64,000 nucleotides of DNA from a virus (IMGVR_UViG_3300033068_000713:9507-73506), one strand, 5' to 3'. Positions 37,336 to 45,917 are shown, numbered from the stretch's first letter. The notes: generated by a model not told the origin, from the letters alone. Numbers and translations: made by a program.

Positions 37336-38009
37336 GCTGCTTTCTTTTTTCGGGCTTTGGAGTGTCGTGGCAAGGTGAGCGACTCCTCTTCAGTGAATCC
37401 GTTAAAAAGCCTATTCGCCAAAATGCCTTTAGGCAGACCAAGTTTTTCCTCCCACTCAATCAAACAGAGCGTCTCTCCGTTAAAGGTTATTTTCCGGTTC
37501 CATCTGGAGTTTCTGGCCTGCTCCTTTGGCAACGCCCATCGGCAGTTTCCCGGCTCGTAGTTGCCGTTTGTATCCTTCCGGTCGATAGAATATTGAGGGG
37601 ATGGCCTAGGTCCAACGTCTTCGTAAAATTTCAAAAAGTCATCCCAAATAGGGGACACTTTAATTCCTCTTCCACCGTACATCTGGTAGCAGTTCGAGTT
37701 CGGATTATTACATCGAACTCTCATCCCCTTCCATACCTTATACTCAGGAGAGTTTCTCATGCCATGTTTTTGAGCGCCCTTGCGAGTCTCTCTATATAGG
37801 CATCCGCAACTCTTGGTGTTACCGGATACAAGATTGCTTATTTCAACTATAGTACCCTCTCCGCAATCGCATCGACACTCATACTTTGTGGTGCCAGCAA
37901 GTTTCTCGCCGATTGGGGCAATTACCAGAAGCCTTTCAAATTTCTGGCCGGAGAAATCAACTTTATAGTTGAATCGGGATTTGCGCCGTGAGATAGATTT
38001 ATCAGCCAT
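37332..38009 (-). CDS. HNH homing endonuclease (paralog of 61587-62282)
   Basis: CRCDCG, TKSCGC, YGGRGI, SIDR.D.NGNYEP.NCRWA. Confidence 0.9.
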   Translation of the reverse strand: MADKSISRRKSRFNYKVDFSGQKFERLLVIAPIGEKLAGTTKYECRCDCGEGTIVEISNLVSGNTKSCGCLYRETRKGAQKHGMRNSPEYKVWKGMRVRCNNPNSNCYQMYGGRGIKVSPIWDDFLKFYEDVGPRPSPQYSIDRKDTNGNYEPGNCRWALPKEQARNSRWNRKITFNGETLCLIEWEEKLGLPKGILANRLFNGFTEEESLTLPRHSKARKKKAA

Positions 38010-38114
38010 AAGCGAATCAAGGTTTCGTGATTGGTCAGTCCCCCTTGGCAGTTGATAGCTGCCTCGTGGGACGCCTAATCTTCGCAGGCTTTAGAAAAAC
38101 TGTCAACGCGGAAA

Positions 38115-38930
38115 TCAAAGCGGCTTCCCCACAAGGTCATTTGGTCCGTGGATTCCGCAAGACATCGCGTAAGCATGAACCTCTTCAAACGTCATGCGGT
38201 TCAGCTTTTCCAGCGTGTTCTTGTGGTAGTGAATCCAACTCCACACCAAGCAGTCCTCAAAATTCTCCGTCTTTGGGTATTCAACTGATCCGTGCGACAT
38301 CAGGCCAAACAGAAATTCAAGGCATGGCACATGATGATTTCCCCACCTAGCGATCCTGTAATCATCGTTTAGGCAGAGATCGACTTCATCCCAGTCCAAG
38401 GCGTCTCGACGGCAGATGGCGAACCTAGTGCTGCAATGCGTCATCTTGTGTTCGTAAGGCCAGAGCTTTGAGGGTTGGCAGATGAACTTCACCAATCCTG
38501 AATCCAGCTTGTCGAAGTACCTCTTTTTCAGGTCAAAGGATTCACTGCGAAAACAGCTTACGTCCTGATCGACGTGGCATATGTGCGTCCCGGTTGCCTT
38601 ATGGTAGCCAAAAAGCTCGATCTTATCATTCCAGCGAGGCATCGTCCTGTTGAACTCCGTCGCAAATATTCGGACCTCAACCCCATACTTGTCTCCGAGA
38701 TATTTCCAGAAATACAAACCGATGGCAGGAATCGGCTCGTGAATATCACAAACGATAATGAGTTCGGTGGGAATACCCTTAAAGAAGATCAGCTTGTTTT
38801 CAATGTTGTGGGTGAGCATGTCGATGCCCCTCACTCCCTGTAGGCTTCCTTGACCGAAACGTCCAACTAGAGAGTCCTCGTCGAACATCCCAGGTCTGGT
38901 GTCGACGTTGCAGATTAGGGACAGCTTCAT
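38115..38930 (-). CDS. GT-A-fold glycosyltransferase-like protein
   Basis: LSLI start, ELIIVCD, ICHVDQD (DxD); start refined to MKLSL. Confidence 0.6.
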   Translation of the reverse strand: MKLSLICNVDTRPGMFDEDSLVGRFGQGSLQGVRGIDMLTHNIENKLIFFKGIPTELIIVCDIHEPIPAIGLYFWKYLGDKYGVEVRIFATEFNRTMPRWNDKIELFGYHKATGTHICHVDQDVSCFRSESFDLKKRYFDKLDSGLVKFICQPSKLWPYEHKMTHCSTRFAICRRDALDWDEVDLCLNDDYRIARWGNHHVPCLEFLFGLMSHGSVEYPKTENFEDCLVWSWIHYHKNTLEKLNRMTFEEVHAYAMSCGIHGPNDLVGKPL

Positions 38931-39442
38931 TCCCCCTCCTCCAGATTGCGTGTCCGAGGGCCTACGTCTCGAACTGGACGTGTCACTTGCCAATCAGCAA
39001 GCACGATGCTCGTTTCATTTTGCTTCAAATATCCTTTGGACTTCCCGAGCACATTCAAAAGCCCAACTACGGAAGGCTTCACGGCTAAAGCCTCCCCATC
39101 TTTGCTGTATTTAATCTCGGCACCCTCTGTATCCAAGTCGATCTCGGACGGCTTTTTCTTGGCCAACTCCCACACGAATTTGTCAAACTCATCTTTGGTA
39201 ACGACACTATCTGCTGCCGCCCTCTGCGCTGCAATCTCGGCCTGTCTCTCATATTGTGCAATCCGTTCCTTGATTTGCGGCTTATCCAAAAGCACTCTTG
39301 ACCGTGATTTGGCCTGCTTTTCAGATGCTTCTCCAAAGACCTCGATGTAGCTTTTCTCCGGGGACTCCCCAGTACGTATCGCCATGACTCGCCTCTGAAC
39401 AAACAGCTCCCAGCGGGAATTTAGAAGTGCACCCATCCCCAA
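38927..39442 (-). CDS. terS: terminase small subunit
   Basis: L..RWE.F...G...SY..A...LL.KP.I..RI; typical length. Confidence 0.7.
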   Translation of the reverse strand: MGMGALLNSRWELFVQRRVMAIRTGESPEKSYIEVFGEASEKQAKSRSRVLLDKPQIKERIAQYERQAEIAAQRAAADSVVTKDEFDKFVWELAKKKPSEIDLDTEGAEIKYSKDGEALAVKPSVVGLLNVLGKSKGYLKQNETSIVLADWQVTRPVRDVGPRTRNLEEGE

Positions 39443-39480
39443 CTCCTAGCCCCTCCTCTACAAAAAGTAAAGGATTTTAG

Positions 39481-39508
39481 TTGCCAAAGTGTGAACCTTA
39501 TTTAGTGT
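39481..39508 (+). promoter_or_regulatory. sigma70-type promoter, leaderless geometry
   Basis: TTGCCA-N16-TAGTGT-N6-ATG(39515). Confidence 0.7.
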
Positions 39509-39514
39509 TGAGGA

Positions 39515-39834
39515 ATGGAAACGAAAATGGAGAGGACGAAAGAGCCAGGGACTTGTGGACAAACGCCGTTGAATCCGAAGTTCGTCGAAGGCTAGATCAC
39601 TACTTGGGGGCAATGTGGATGGTTCTGCGCGTTGATCGCCGTTGTGTTCCAAGGGGCGCAAATCTTGCCGAATGCTACGAAACGAAGGATGAATTCATAA
39701 TCATGGGACATCCTAAATCAGACGACGAAAGTCATGACTGTGACGCAATGGGATGCGGAACCCTGAGTCACGTACTTCATCGCATTCCGAAAACCGCCAC
39801 CGCCACCGCAATCGCTAAAGCAAAAAGAGAATAG
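39515..39834 (+). CDS. hypothetical protein (start uncertain)
   Basis: Track ORF 39481-39834; the promoter-proximal ATG 39515 appears to be out of frame with it (short METKMERTKEPGTCGQTPLNPKFVEG uORF), so the true start is probably downstream. Confidence 0.45.
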
Positions 39835-39837
39835 ACG

Positions 39838-40053
39838 ATGAAGAAAACATTCTGTGATTATTGCGACTGTGAAATTACCGAGAATAACAGCCTTCGAGAT
39901 TTCGAGTCATCCCACATACCCCATCCGCAGTCTCTTCCAAAAATTGGTATCGCAGTGATACAATCGGAAGGGTGCGACTACTGCTCTGATTGCGTTTGCG
40001 ACGCGACTCAAACAATCATCAACCGGAAGCGCACAAAGCCTCAATCAAAGTAG
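39838..40053 (+). CDS. small Cys-rich protein
   Basis: FCDYCDCEI...DYCSDC. Confidence 0.6.
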   Translation: MKKTFCDYCDCEITENNSLRDFESSHIPHPQSLPKIGIAVIQSEGCDYCSDCVCDATQTIINRKRTKPQSK

Positions 40054-40055
40054 CC

Positions 40056-40985
40056 ATGCCACATTGTACATCGCTTAATAAGAAGGCCCGTTACGCCCAA
40101 TGGTTGGACGTATACGCCGAACGACTGCTGCCGGGGGGTTACACGGCATTAATGATCGCCCACACTCCAGAGGGGTTTGAATTCGACGCCGAAGAAGCCG
40201 CTAAACTGAAAGACAAGCCGCTCGTGGTGTTTGATATGCGGGAGTATGGTTGGGAAAAAAGTCACGCAAACATGGACCTTCTCGGTATCAAGCGCGAAGA
40301 TCAGGTTGAGTACTCGGGCGATGAGTGGCTAAAACTTCACTCTTGGGCTCAAGAAAATCCGGCTCGCCTCTACTTTAAAAGAGAGCTTAGCGTTTCCCTG
40401 AAAAAATACTCTTGGAGCAGCAAATGCATTGGCGTGAACCTCCATCCCGTGGATTTGATTTCCCGCAACCGCCCCTTATTTGAGCCTCAGACAAAAGACG
40501 AATGGATGAAGCACAAACCGGGAGTGCATTTCGTCTATGGAAATTCTCACCCTGACCGCATGTTGCTACACGGCGAGTTGATAGGTCGAAACTTTCCGGC
40601 TTACTGCGAGAACGTCCACCACACCAACAGGCGCCCTTTGATGCAGATTATCCTAGAGCAGATGGAGTACATGCTGTCCGTCTCTCTGTCGGGTGCTGGC
40701 TTCAAATGTTTCAGGTCCAGCGAATCCTGCGTTGGATGTATCCCTGTTATGGCCGATCTTCCGGTGGTCTACTCGGTTCCCTTCACCAAAGAGAATGTCG
40801 TTCTTTTGCCTACGGAAAACGGACGCATCAAGATACCCGAGTGCGTTGATGTGATCGAGCAAGCCTTAAGCGATCCCGAGGCGCTGTATCCCGTCTATTT
40901 GGCTGCTCAGGAGAGTGCCCGCTTATTGGAACAAGACACCTATATGCGCGAAATCATTAACCCAAAAATAAAGGAAGTGTTATGA
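40056..40985 (+). CDS. exostosin/GT47-like glycosyltransferase
   Basis: FKRE, YGNSH..R, S.SL.GAGFKCFR..E...GCIPV-like C-terminal motif. Confidence 0.55.
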   Translation: MPHCTSLNKKARYAQWLDVYAERLLPGGYTALMIAHTPEGFEFDAEEAAKLKDKPLVVFDMREYGWEKSHANMDLLGIKREDQVEYSGDEWLKLHSWAQENPARLYFKRELSVSLKKYSWSSKCIGVNLHPVDLISRNRPLFEPQTKDEWMKHKPGVHFVYGNSHPDRMLLHGELIGRNFPAYCENVHHTNRRPLMQIILEQMEYMLSVSLSGAGFKCFRSSESCVGCIPVMADLPVVYSVPFTKENVVLLPTENGRIKIPECVDVIEQALSDPEALYPVYLAAQESARLLEQDTYMREIINPKIKEVL

Positions 40986-41383
40986 GTGAAGTATCACAAC
41001 AACTTTACGATTTAATTTTTGCTTCTCTAAGCAACGCGTACTCATCCGGTCAAGATGGTGACGCAACCTACGACCCCAAGGACGCGATGGCTAAGATCGT
41101 GGAGGGGATTGAGGGGGAGGTTAGTAAGTTGAAGGACAGTAACGTCCGCCTTCAAGACTGCCTGACCGCCGCAAATATGGGCGATGTCCCGGCTGGATGG
41201 GATGCGGCTATTGAGCGATTCGAGAAAGCCGAGGAACTTTATGGAATCGTCACAACGGACATCATCACCAGCTTTAGCCTGAAGTGCCTACCAATGCAAG
41301 CAACCAGGTTTGCAGCTGATCAAAACCCTGCTTGGAAATGGGACGATAAATACAACACTCGCCTTGTCTGCACCGGATCATGA
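40982..41383 (+). CDS. hypothetical protein
   Basis: coupled ORF. Confidence 0.6.
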   Translation: MSEVSQQLYDLIFASLSNAYSSGQDGDATYDPKDAMAKIVEGIEGEVSKLKDSNVRLQDCLTAANMGDVPAGWDAAIERFEKAEELYGIVTTDIITSFSLKCLPMQATRFAADQNPAWKWDDKYNTRLVCTGS

Positions 41384-42546
41384 GCCTCCAATTCCTCCAC
41401 GACTCTTTTCCGAACAAGCCCGTTGCGCCTCAGATTATCTACGATCTGCCGTTCTCCGAGTATGCCCGCCTTCCCGGAATCAACGCTTCGATCCTGAAAG
41501 AGCCAACGCCGTTCGAGTCCTTGTGCAAACTGCAAGCCTCCGTTTCCCTCCCTCCTGAAGCTCAGCGGCTCCTCGAATACAAGGATGCCCGAGTCTCGGA
41601 CTACATGGAATGGGTGGACGAACTGACCGGGAGTGATGTGCCGAGAACCTTTGTGAAGCTTGTCCGCTATCCTGAAGGCAAGGAGAAGGCTACAGATGCA
41701 CAGAAACGGCTTCTGGAGAGCTTCAAGACCGAAGGGCAGGTGATTGACGCCCGAGAGTTCAATGTCGCCGCATTGGGCAAATGCACGGACTTTGGATGGG
41801 TGACGACCTTTGAGAAAGAAGTCCGAGAATCTAGAGCCTCTCCCGAAGTCACCGCGAACCGAGCTTACAATCTCACGGTTGGGGACATCGTACACAAAGC
41901 GATCCTGGAACCACACTTGTTCGATCAGGACGAATGGCAGAAGCATTTCCAGAAATCTCCTACAAAGTCCTTGGTTTCGGAAAGAGCGATGGCAGCTCTG
42001 GCCGAAGCTCCGCATTTGCGGTTGGTGACAGCCGAGATCATCGACACGGCAAGACGCTGTAGAGACGCGGTGTGGCGTCACAAGTATGCGGCCCTTATCT
42101 TGTCAGCTCCGGGGAAAAGCGAAGTCACTGTGACGGCTTACGATGCCGAGGCGATGTGCTTGCGGAAATGCCGGATCGACCGTTTGCCCGATAATCCTGA
42201 GTTGGGCATTATCGACATTAAGACGCATCACTCTTCGCCTACGGAGGGTTCGTGCAAGAAAGCGATTCTCGCGATGCAGTACCACCTTCAGATGGGGTAT
42301 TACGCAGATACATTGGCAATGGCAGAAGGCAAGACGCGGACTCCTTCGGTGTTGATCTTCGTCTCTAAGACTGCGCCTCACATTGCCCGGTGCATTGACA
42401 TTAACAAGGTTGAACCGGAGTTGTCCTTGTTTGAAGATGGTCGTAAGATTGCCACAAATCGGCTGATGAAATTTGCCTTGTGCTATGCTGAAGGACAGCG
42501 GTTTGAGGCGTATGAGAATGAGGCTACGGTGCCGTTAGCGAAGTAA
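41380..42546 (+). CDS. PD-(D/E)XK exonuclease VIII (RecE/DUF3799-like)
   Basis: Y..LPGINAS.LK, G..VH..ILEP, KCRIDRL, IIDIKT, YH.Q...Y. Confidence 0.85.
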   Translation: MSLQFLHDSFPNKPVAPQIIYDLPFSEYARLPGINASILKEPTPFESLCKLQASVSLPPEAQRLLEYKDARVSDYMEWVDELTGSDVPRTFVKLVRYPEGKEKATDAQKRLLESFKTEGQVIDAREFNVAALGKCTDFGWVTTFEKEVRESRASPEVTANRAYNLTVGDIVHKAILEPHLFDQDEWQKHFQKSPTKSLVSERAMAALAEAPHLRLVTAEIIDTARRCRDAVWRHKYAALILSAPGKSEVTVTAYDAEAMCLRKCRIDRLPDNPELGIIDIKTHHSSPTEGSCKKAILAMQYHLQMGYYADTLAMAEGKTRTPSVLIFVSKTAPHIARCIDINKVEPELSLFEDGRKIATNRLMKFALCYAEGQRFEAYENEATVPLAK

Positions 42547-42550
42547 ATTT

Positions 42551-42727
42551 ATGACAAACGAAGAAAAACTCAAATCGACCAAAATTCTAGTAAACTTCAT
42601 TCGCGAGGAGGGGTTTTATCCATTGCTTTTGCCAGAGGCAACAATAGCCGACAACGCCGAATGTAACCCAGGAACGCTTCGGGTTGAAGATGCCGTCACG
42701 GGAGAAATACTTTGGGAGAAGCCATGA
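42551..42727 (+). CDS. hypothetical protein
   Basis: 58 aa, my translation. Confidence 0.5.
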   Translation: MTNEEKLKSTKILVNFIREEGFYPLLLPEATIADNAECNPGTLRVEDAVTGEILWEKP

Positions 42728-42888
42728 GCCCAACCGACCAAATCATCGCCCTAGAATCCGATCTGAACAAACTGATCGACCGTTACCGCATGGAGTTTGA
42801 AATGCCCTATGCGGCGGTGATTGGAGTGTTGCAGTTGAAGGTTGTTCTGCTGTGTAATGAAGCCGCTAAGGGCGACGATGCTGATTAG
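42724..42888 (+). CDS. hypothetical protein
   Basis: 54 aa, DL..LIDRYR.EF.M.YA.VIGVL pattern. Confidence 0.55.
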   Translation: MSPTDQIIALESDLNKLIDRYRMEFEMPYAAVIGVLQLKVVLLCNEAAKGDDAD

Positions 42889-43214
42889 CCCTAGCCTTGG
42901 CCAGATAACAAGGTCTGCATCTTTTTTCGCTTAATGGATGGCGAGGCTTTCCGCAGTCACAGCACTTTGGGAGCTTTCTTTGACGCTCTTTCTCAAAGTG
43001 ATCCTCAACAATAGCTATTGCTTCGGCTAAGGTTATAGTTAACCCATCACATCCCCATCCTTATCCCTGATCTGGATGGAGTCTTCCGGGGGATGCTGGG
43101 CCAGACATGAGGCGAGCATAAGCGCGTCACTCCATTGTTGCTCTTTCTCACACAGGAACCATTGGCCTGCTTCTAGCATCCAGACGGTGTAGAGGTCGAT
43201 GGTGCCTGGGAGAG

Positions 43215-43490
43215 TCATACAAACGGCTTAAATTCAGCAGCGGTTTTATTTGCCTTAGTGTTGTTGCACATAAAGCAGCAGGGAACCAAATTTGACATAG
43301 CGTTTGATCCCCCTCTTGATTTTGGCGTGAGGTGATCCACGGTCATTTCTGATTTGTTGAGCGGAACTTTACAATAATGGCAAAGCACAAACTCTAAATC
43401 AACGGATTGCAGCGCCACCTTGTTGCGGTTCCAGACTTTCTTTCTGGTTACTCCCCATTTGCCTTTACTCATTTTCCATCGCCTCCTCAA
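43215..43490 (-). CDS. HNH endonuclease
   Basis: CHYC...TVDHL.PKSRGG.N...NLV.CC..CN..K. Confidence 0.9.
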   Translation of the reverse strand: MRRRWKMSKGKWGVTRKKVWNRNKVALQSVDLEFVLCHYCKVPLNKSEMTVDHLTPKSRGGSNAMSNLVPCCFMCNNTKANKTAAEFKPFV

Positions 43491-43686
43491 ATTCAGTGCA
43501 GGTTTCAGCGGCTCCGGCTAGGAGTCGAGTTGAATTTAGGCTATCATACCGTTGCCACTCTCCTTGATTCACTCGCCACCAATGGGTGAAAGAGTTGGTA
43601 TGCATTCCGTCCCGGCGCTTTCCGGGTGGGCAGCAGCATCCGCTGGATTCGATTTCGATTGTACCGTCTGGTTTCTCGTATTTCAT
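43465..43686 (-). CDS. hypothetical protein
   Basis: start refined to MKYEKPDG. Confidence 0.5.
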   Translation of the reverse strand: MKYEKPDGTIEIESSGCCCPPGKRRDGMHTNSFTHWWRVNQGEWQRYDSLNSTRLLAGAAETCTEFEEAMENE

Positions 43687-44027
43687 TTCGCCTCCTTTTC
43701 TCTTGGGAGCATCATCATTTGCTCCTCCCAAGCGTAGGCCATCGAAGAAAGAGGAGTGTCGAGAGCCTTGCAAATCTTGAGCAAATTTTCCAGCGTAGGG
43801 TTGGCTTTGATGTTTGATTCTATCCGACTTAAAAGACCAACTGAAACTCCCGACTTGTCTGCCAGCTCGTGCAGCGTCCAACCTTTTCTTTCCCGATCTG
43901 ATTGAATGACGCCGCCAATCCAACCTGGAATCGGCTCTCGTTTGCATCGTGCCATTTTCTTGAGGCGTTCCACTTCCGCTTTGGCCTCTTCCAATTTTCC
44001 TTTAATGGTAGTGCTCTTGAATAACAT
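43683..44027 (-). CDS. XRE-family HTH regulator
   Basis: RERKGWTLHELADKSGVSVGLLSRIES...NPTLENL.KI..AL. Confidence 0.85.
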   Translation of the reverse strand: MLFKSTTIKGKLEEAKAEVERLKKMARCKREPIPGWIGGVIQSDRERKGWTLHELADKSGVSVGLLSRIESNIKANPTLENLLKICKALDTPLSSMAYAWEEQMMMLPREKEAK

Positions 44028-44041
44028 GAAATGATCTATAT

Positions 44042-44371
44042 CTAAAACGGTTTACCCCGCAAGCGTATTTTTCGTTTCCGTCTTCGTTCTTTCTTAATCC
44101 TATCGTGCTCTTTGCGGTGGCATTTCTCGCATAGAACCTGGAGATCGGAAAGGGTGACATTGAAAATGCTGCGGTATTTGAGGTGATGGCATTGTAGCTT
44201 TTTAGAGGTTCCGCAATCAGCGCATTTTCTGCCGACCGATTCCAGCTTTTGAGCGCGAAGGGTTTTCCAGTGTAGCGAGAACAGGTACACCTCCCGATAC
44301 CAGCGACGCTTGCTTTTGCCGTAGGCTTTGATTTCGGCTTGGAGGCGGTTCTTGGCTTCTGGAGAGGTCAT
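44042..44371 (-). CDS. HNH-like protein
   Basis: YL.S.HW..LR...C.DCG...LQCHH..Y...L.VLC..CH. Confidence 0.8.
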   Translation of the reverse strand: MTSPEAKNRLQAEIKAYGKSKRRWYREVYLFSLHWKTLRAQKLESVGRKCADCGTSKKLQCHHLKYRSIFNVTLSDLQVLCEKCHRKEHDRIKKERRRKRKIRLRGKPF

Positions 44372-44389
44372 GCTTTATACTGACAAAGG

Positions 44390-44659
44390 CTATGCTAGGT
44401 ACAAAGATGATGGATTCCAGAAATCCACATGTTTTCCGGGAGGCTCATCATAAATGCCCACCATCCATCCGTGAGGGAATTTCTCTAATCTTGCGACTTC
44501 GTAGGAAAATTCAGACTCGGGATTGATCTTAACCTTGTCGCCGGGTCGAAATCCGATTCTTCGGTACCGAAGCTCTAGGGCGACCTCTCTAATTTCCTGG
44601 GGTTCCATTTCTAGCTCTTTCGCTAGGATTTCTAGTTTTGTGGGCTGTTCTGCGTTCAT
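44390..44659 (-). CDS. hypothetical protein
   Basis: 89-aa ORF. Confidence 0.6.
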   Translation of the reverse strand: MNAEQPTKLEILAKELEMEPQEIREVALELRYRRIGFRPGDKVKINPESEFSYEVARLEKFPHGWMVGIYDEPPGKHVDFWNPSSLYLA

Positions 44660-44693
44660 AATCTAAGGTTCAATTCAAGAAGGCTTGAGGGAG

Positions 44694-44815
44694 ATGAGCG
44701 GACATAGGAGTCCCATTTCTGGGACACTCATGTAAAGTCACAATTAATTCCGTCAGGAATCGGTCGCTTCGCTACATCCAACTTTCGTTGGCCCTGTCCC
44801 GCGACGGAAGCTCAT
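44694..44815 (-). ncRNA. structured RNA candidate (element F)
   Basis: ATGAGC/GCTCAT closing stem, TTCCGTC/GACGGAA, two GAAA tetraloop hairpins on minus. Confidence 0.55.
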
Positions 44816-44834
44816 GCTGGCGCAGTTTGGAATA

Positions 44835-44924
44835 ACAGGTCGAGTCCAGTGCCTCAAGGACACTAGAGCAATATTAAGGCCTCTGTTCTCCTTGGTCGGA
44901 GGCCCCCGTTTGCAAGAGACCTGT
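44835..44924 (-). ncRNA. structured RNA candidate (element G)
   Basis: ACAGGTC/GACCTGT closing stem with GGCCTC/GAGGCC and AGTG/CACT hairpins. Confidence 0.45.
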
Positions 44925-45027
44925 ATTGAGCGGGCAGGTTGTCATCCTGCTACTGACTAGGCAATCGCGTGCGGAATTGCACCGCCATTCAGGCTTTCCC
45001 CGTTTTTTCGACGATCCGCTCAATACA
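44922..45027 (-). ncRNA. tRNA-like RNA with enlarged central domain (element E)
   Basis: 12-bp perfect stem TGTATTGAGCGG/CCGCTCAATACA, stacked GCAGG-N7-CCTGC hairpin, same TGAGCGG as element D. Confidence 0.6.
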
Positions 45028-45084
45028 AATCTCTCACTACTGATCTTCCCACTTCTCGACCGGGAATATGGCCTGCCGTTGTCC

Positions 45085-45163
45085 TGTCACAGAGTTTCGG
45101 TCAGTAACCTCGTCCAGATCAACACATCTGGCCTATGTCAGATGGTAAAATCTACTCTGTCAC
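45085..45163 (-). ncRNA. variant type III hammerhead-like ribozyme candidate
   Basis: ACAGAG-UA / stem I / UGGACGA / GGU-UACUG-ACC / GAAA-CUCUGU. Confidence 0.5.
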
Positions 45164-45352
45164 CTCTGTCGCCTTCATCTCATCTCGGATTTCCGTTTTT
45201 GGAATCCACCGTTTGAGGTAGTCGGCCATGGCTTTATCCGCCCATTCTGTCGCCTTCTCCGGGGTTTTGCACCCGCAAGCTGTAGCAACGGCGCACCATG
45301 CCTTCATCCAGACTTCTTGAGGATGGGGAGGGTAACGTCTTGGAGCTGCCAT
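45152..45352 (-). CDS. hypothetical phage protein
   Basis: start refined to ATG 45352; WM.AW.AVA.A..C......T.WAD..M..Y..R. Confidence 0.65.
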   Translation of the reverse strand: MAAPRRYPPHPQEVWMKAWCAVATACGCKTPEKATEWADKAMADYLKRWIPKTEIRDEMKATEVTE

Positions 45353-45602
45353 ACAGAAAAACAAAAAGCCCCAGCGGAGTAGTGGCTCCATTGGGGCAGT
45401 TGCTATTAGCTGTCGTGCAGTTGACTATGCCACTACACAGACAACCAATATTCATTTGTTTTCCCATATCCTCACCTCTCCCGCAACTACTTTTTTCACC
45501 AAACCGAAAAAGATTTGACGCGCCTTGGGATCGAATGCATATGTCCAGCATAATGAATTTCGCTCCTCGACCGTTCCCGGCTAGCCCACAAAGCTAGACT
45601 AT

Positions 45603-45677
45603 CGGGTATTGGTGTGAGTAGTAGCATGAGGGACTTGGAATCCCGCGGCCTCGGTGCAAATCCGGGATACCCGACCA
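45603..45677 (+). tRNA. tRNA-Pro(TGG)
   Basis: CGGGTAT/ATACCCG acceptor, A73 plus CCA, anticodon loop CT-TGG-AA, T arm CTCGG-TGCAAAT-CCGGG. Confidence 0.85.
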
Positions 45678-45917
45678 AATTTTAGTCCTGACGAATGCCG
45701 GAGCAGACTACATTGGTTTATACGTCTTCTCTATTTCTTGTCGTCAGGGCTTACTTTTTAGTTGCGTTCATGTGAACTATGAGAGAGGATAGGGCTCCCG
45801 CGAAGAACCCGATAAAGCCTAGAGCGGGTAGGGCTTCTCTCTCCCTTCAAAAGCCCACTCTAGGCAGATCGGTATTCTCCCTTGCTTGATTTTCCCCGTC
45901 ACTGTATTGTGACAATT

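Noticed and set aside
44950-45000. Cobalamin riboswitch similarity (GGTGCAATTCC)
   Set aside because: Only the T-loop submotif matches; the other conserved blocks are not seen
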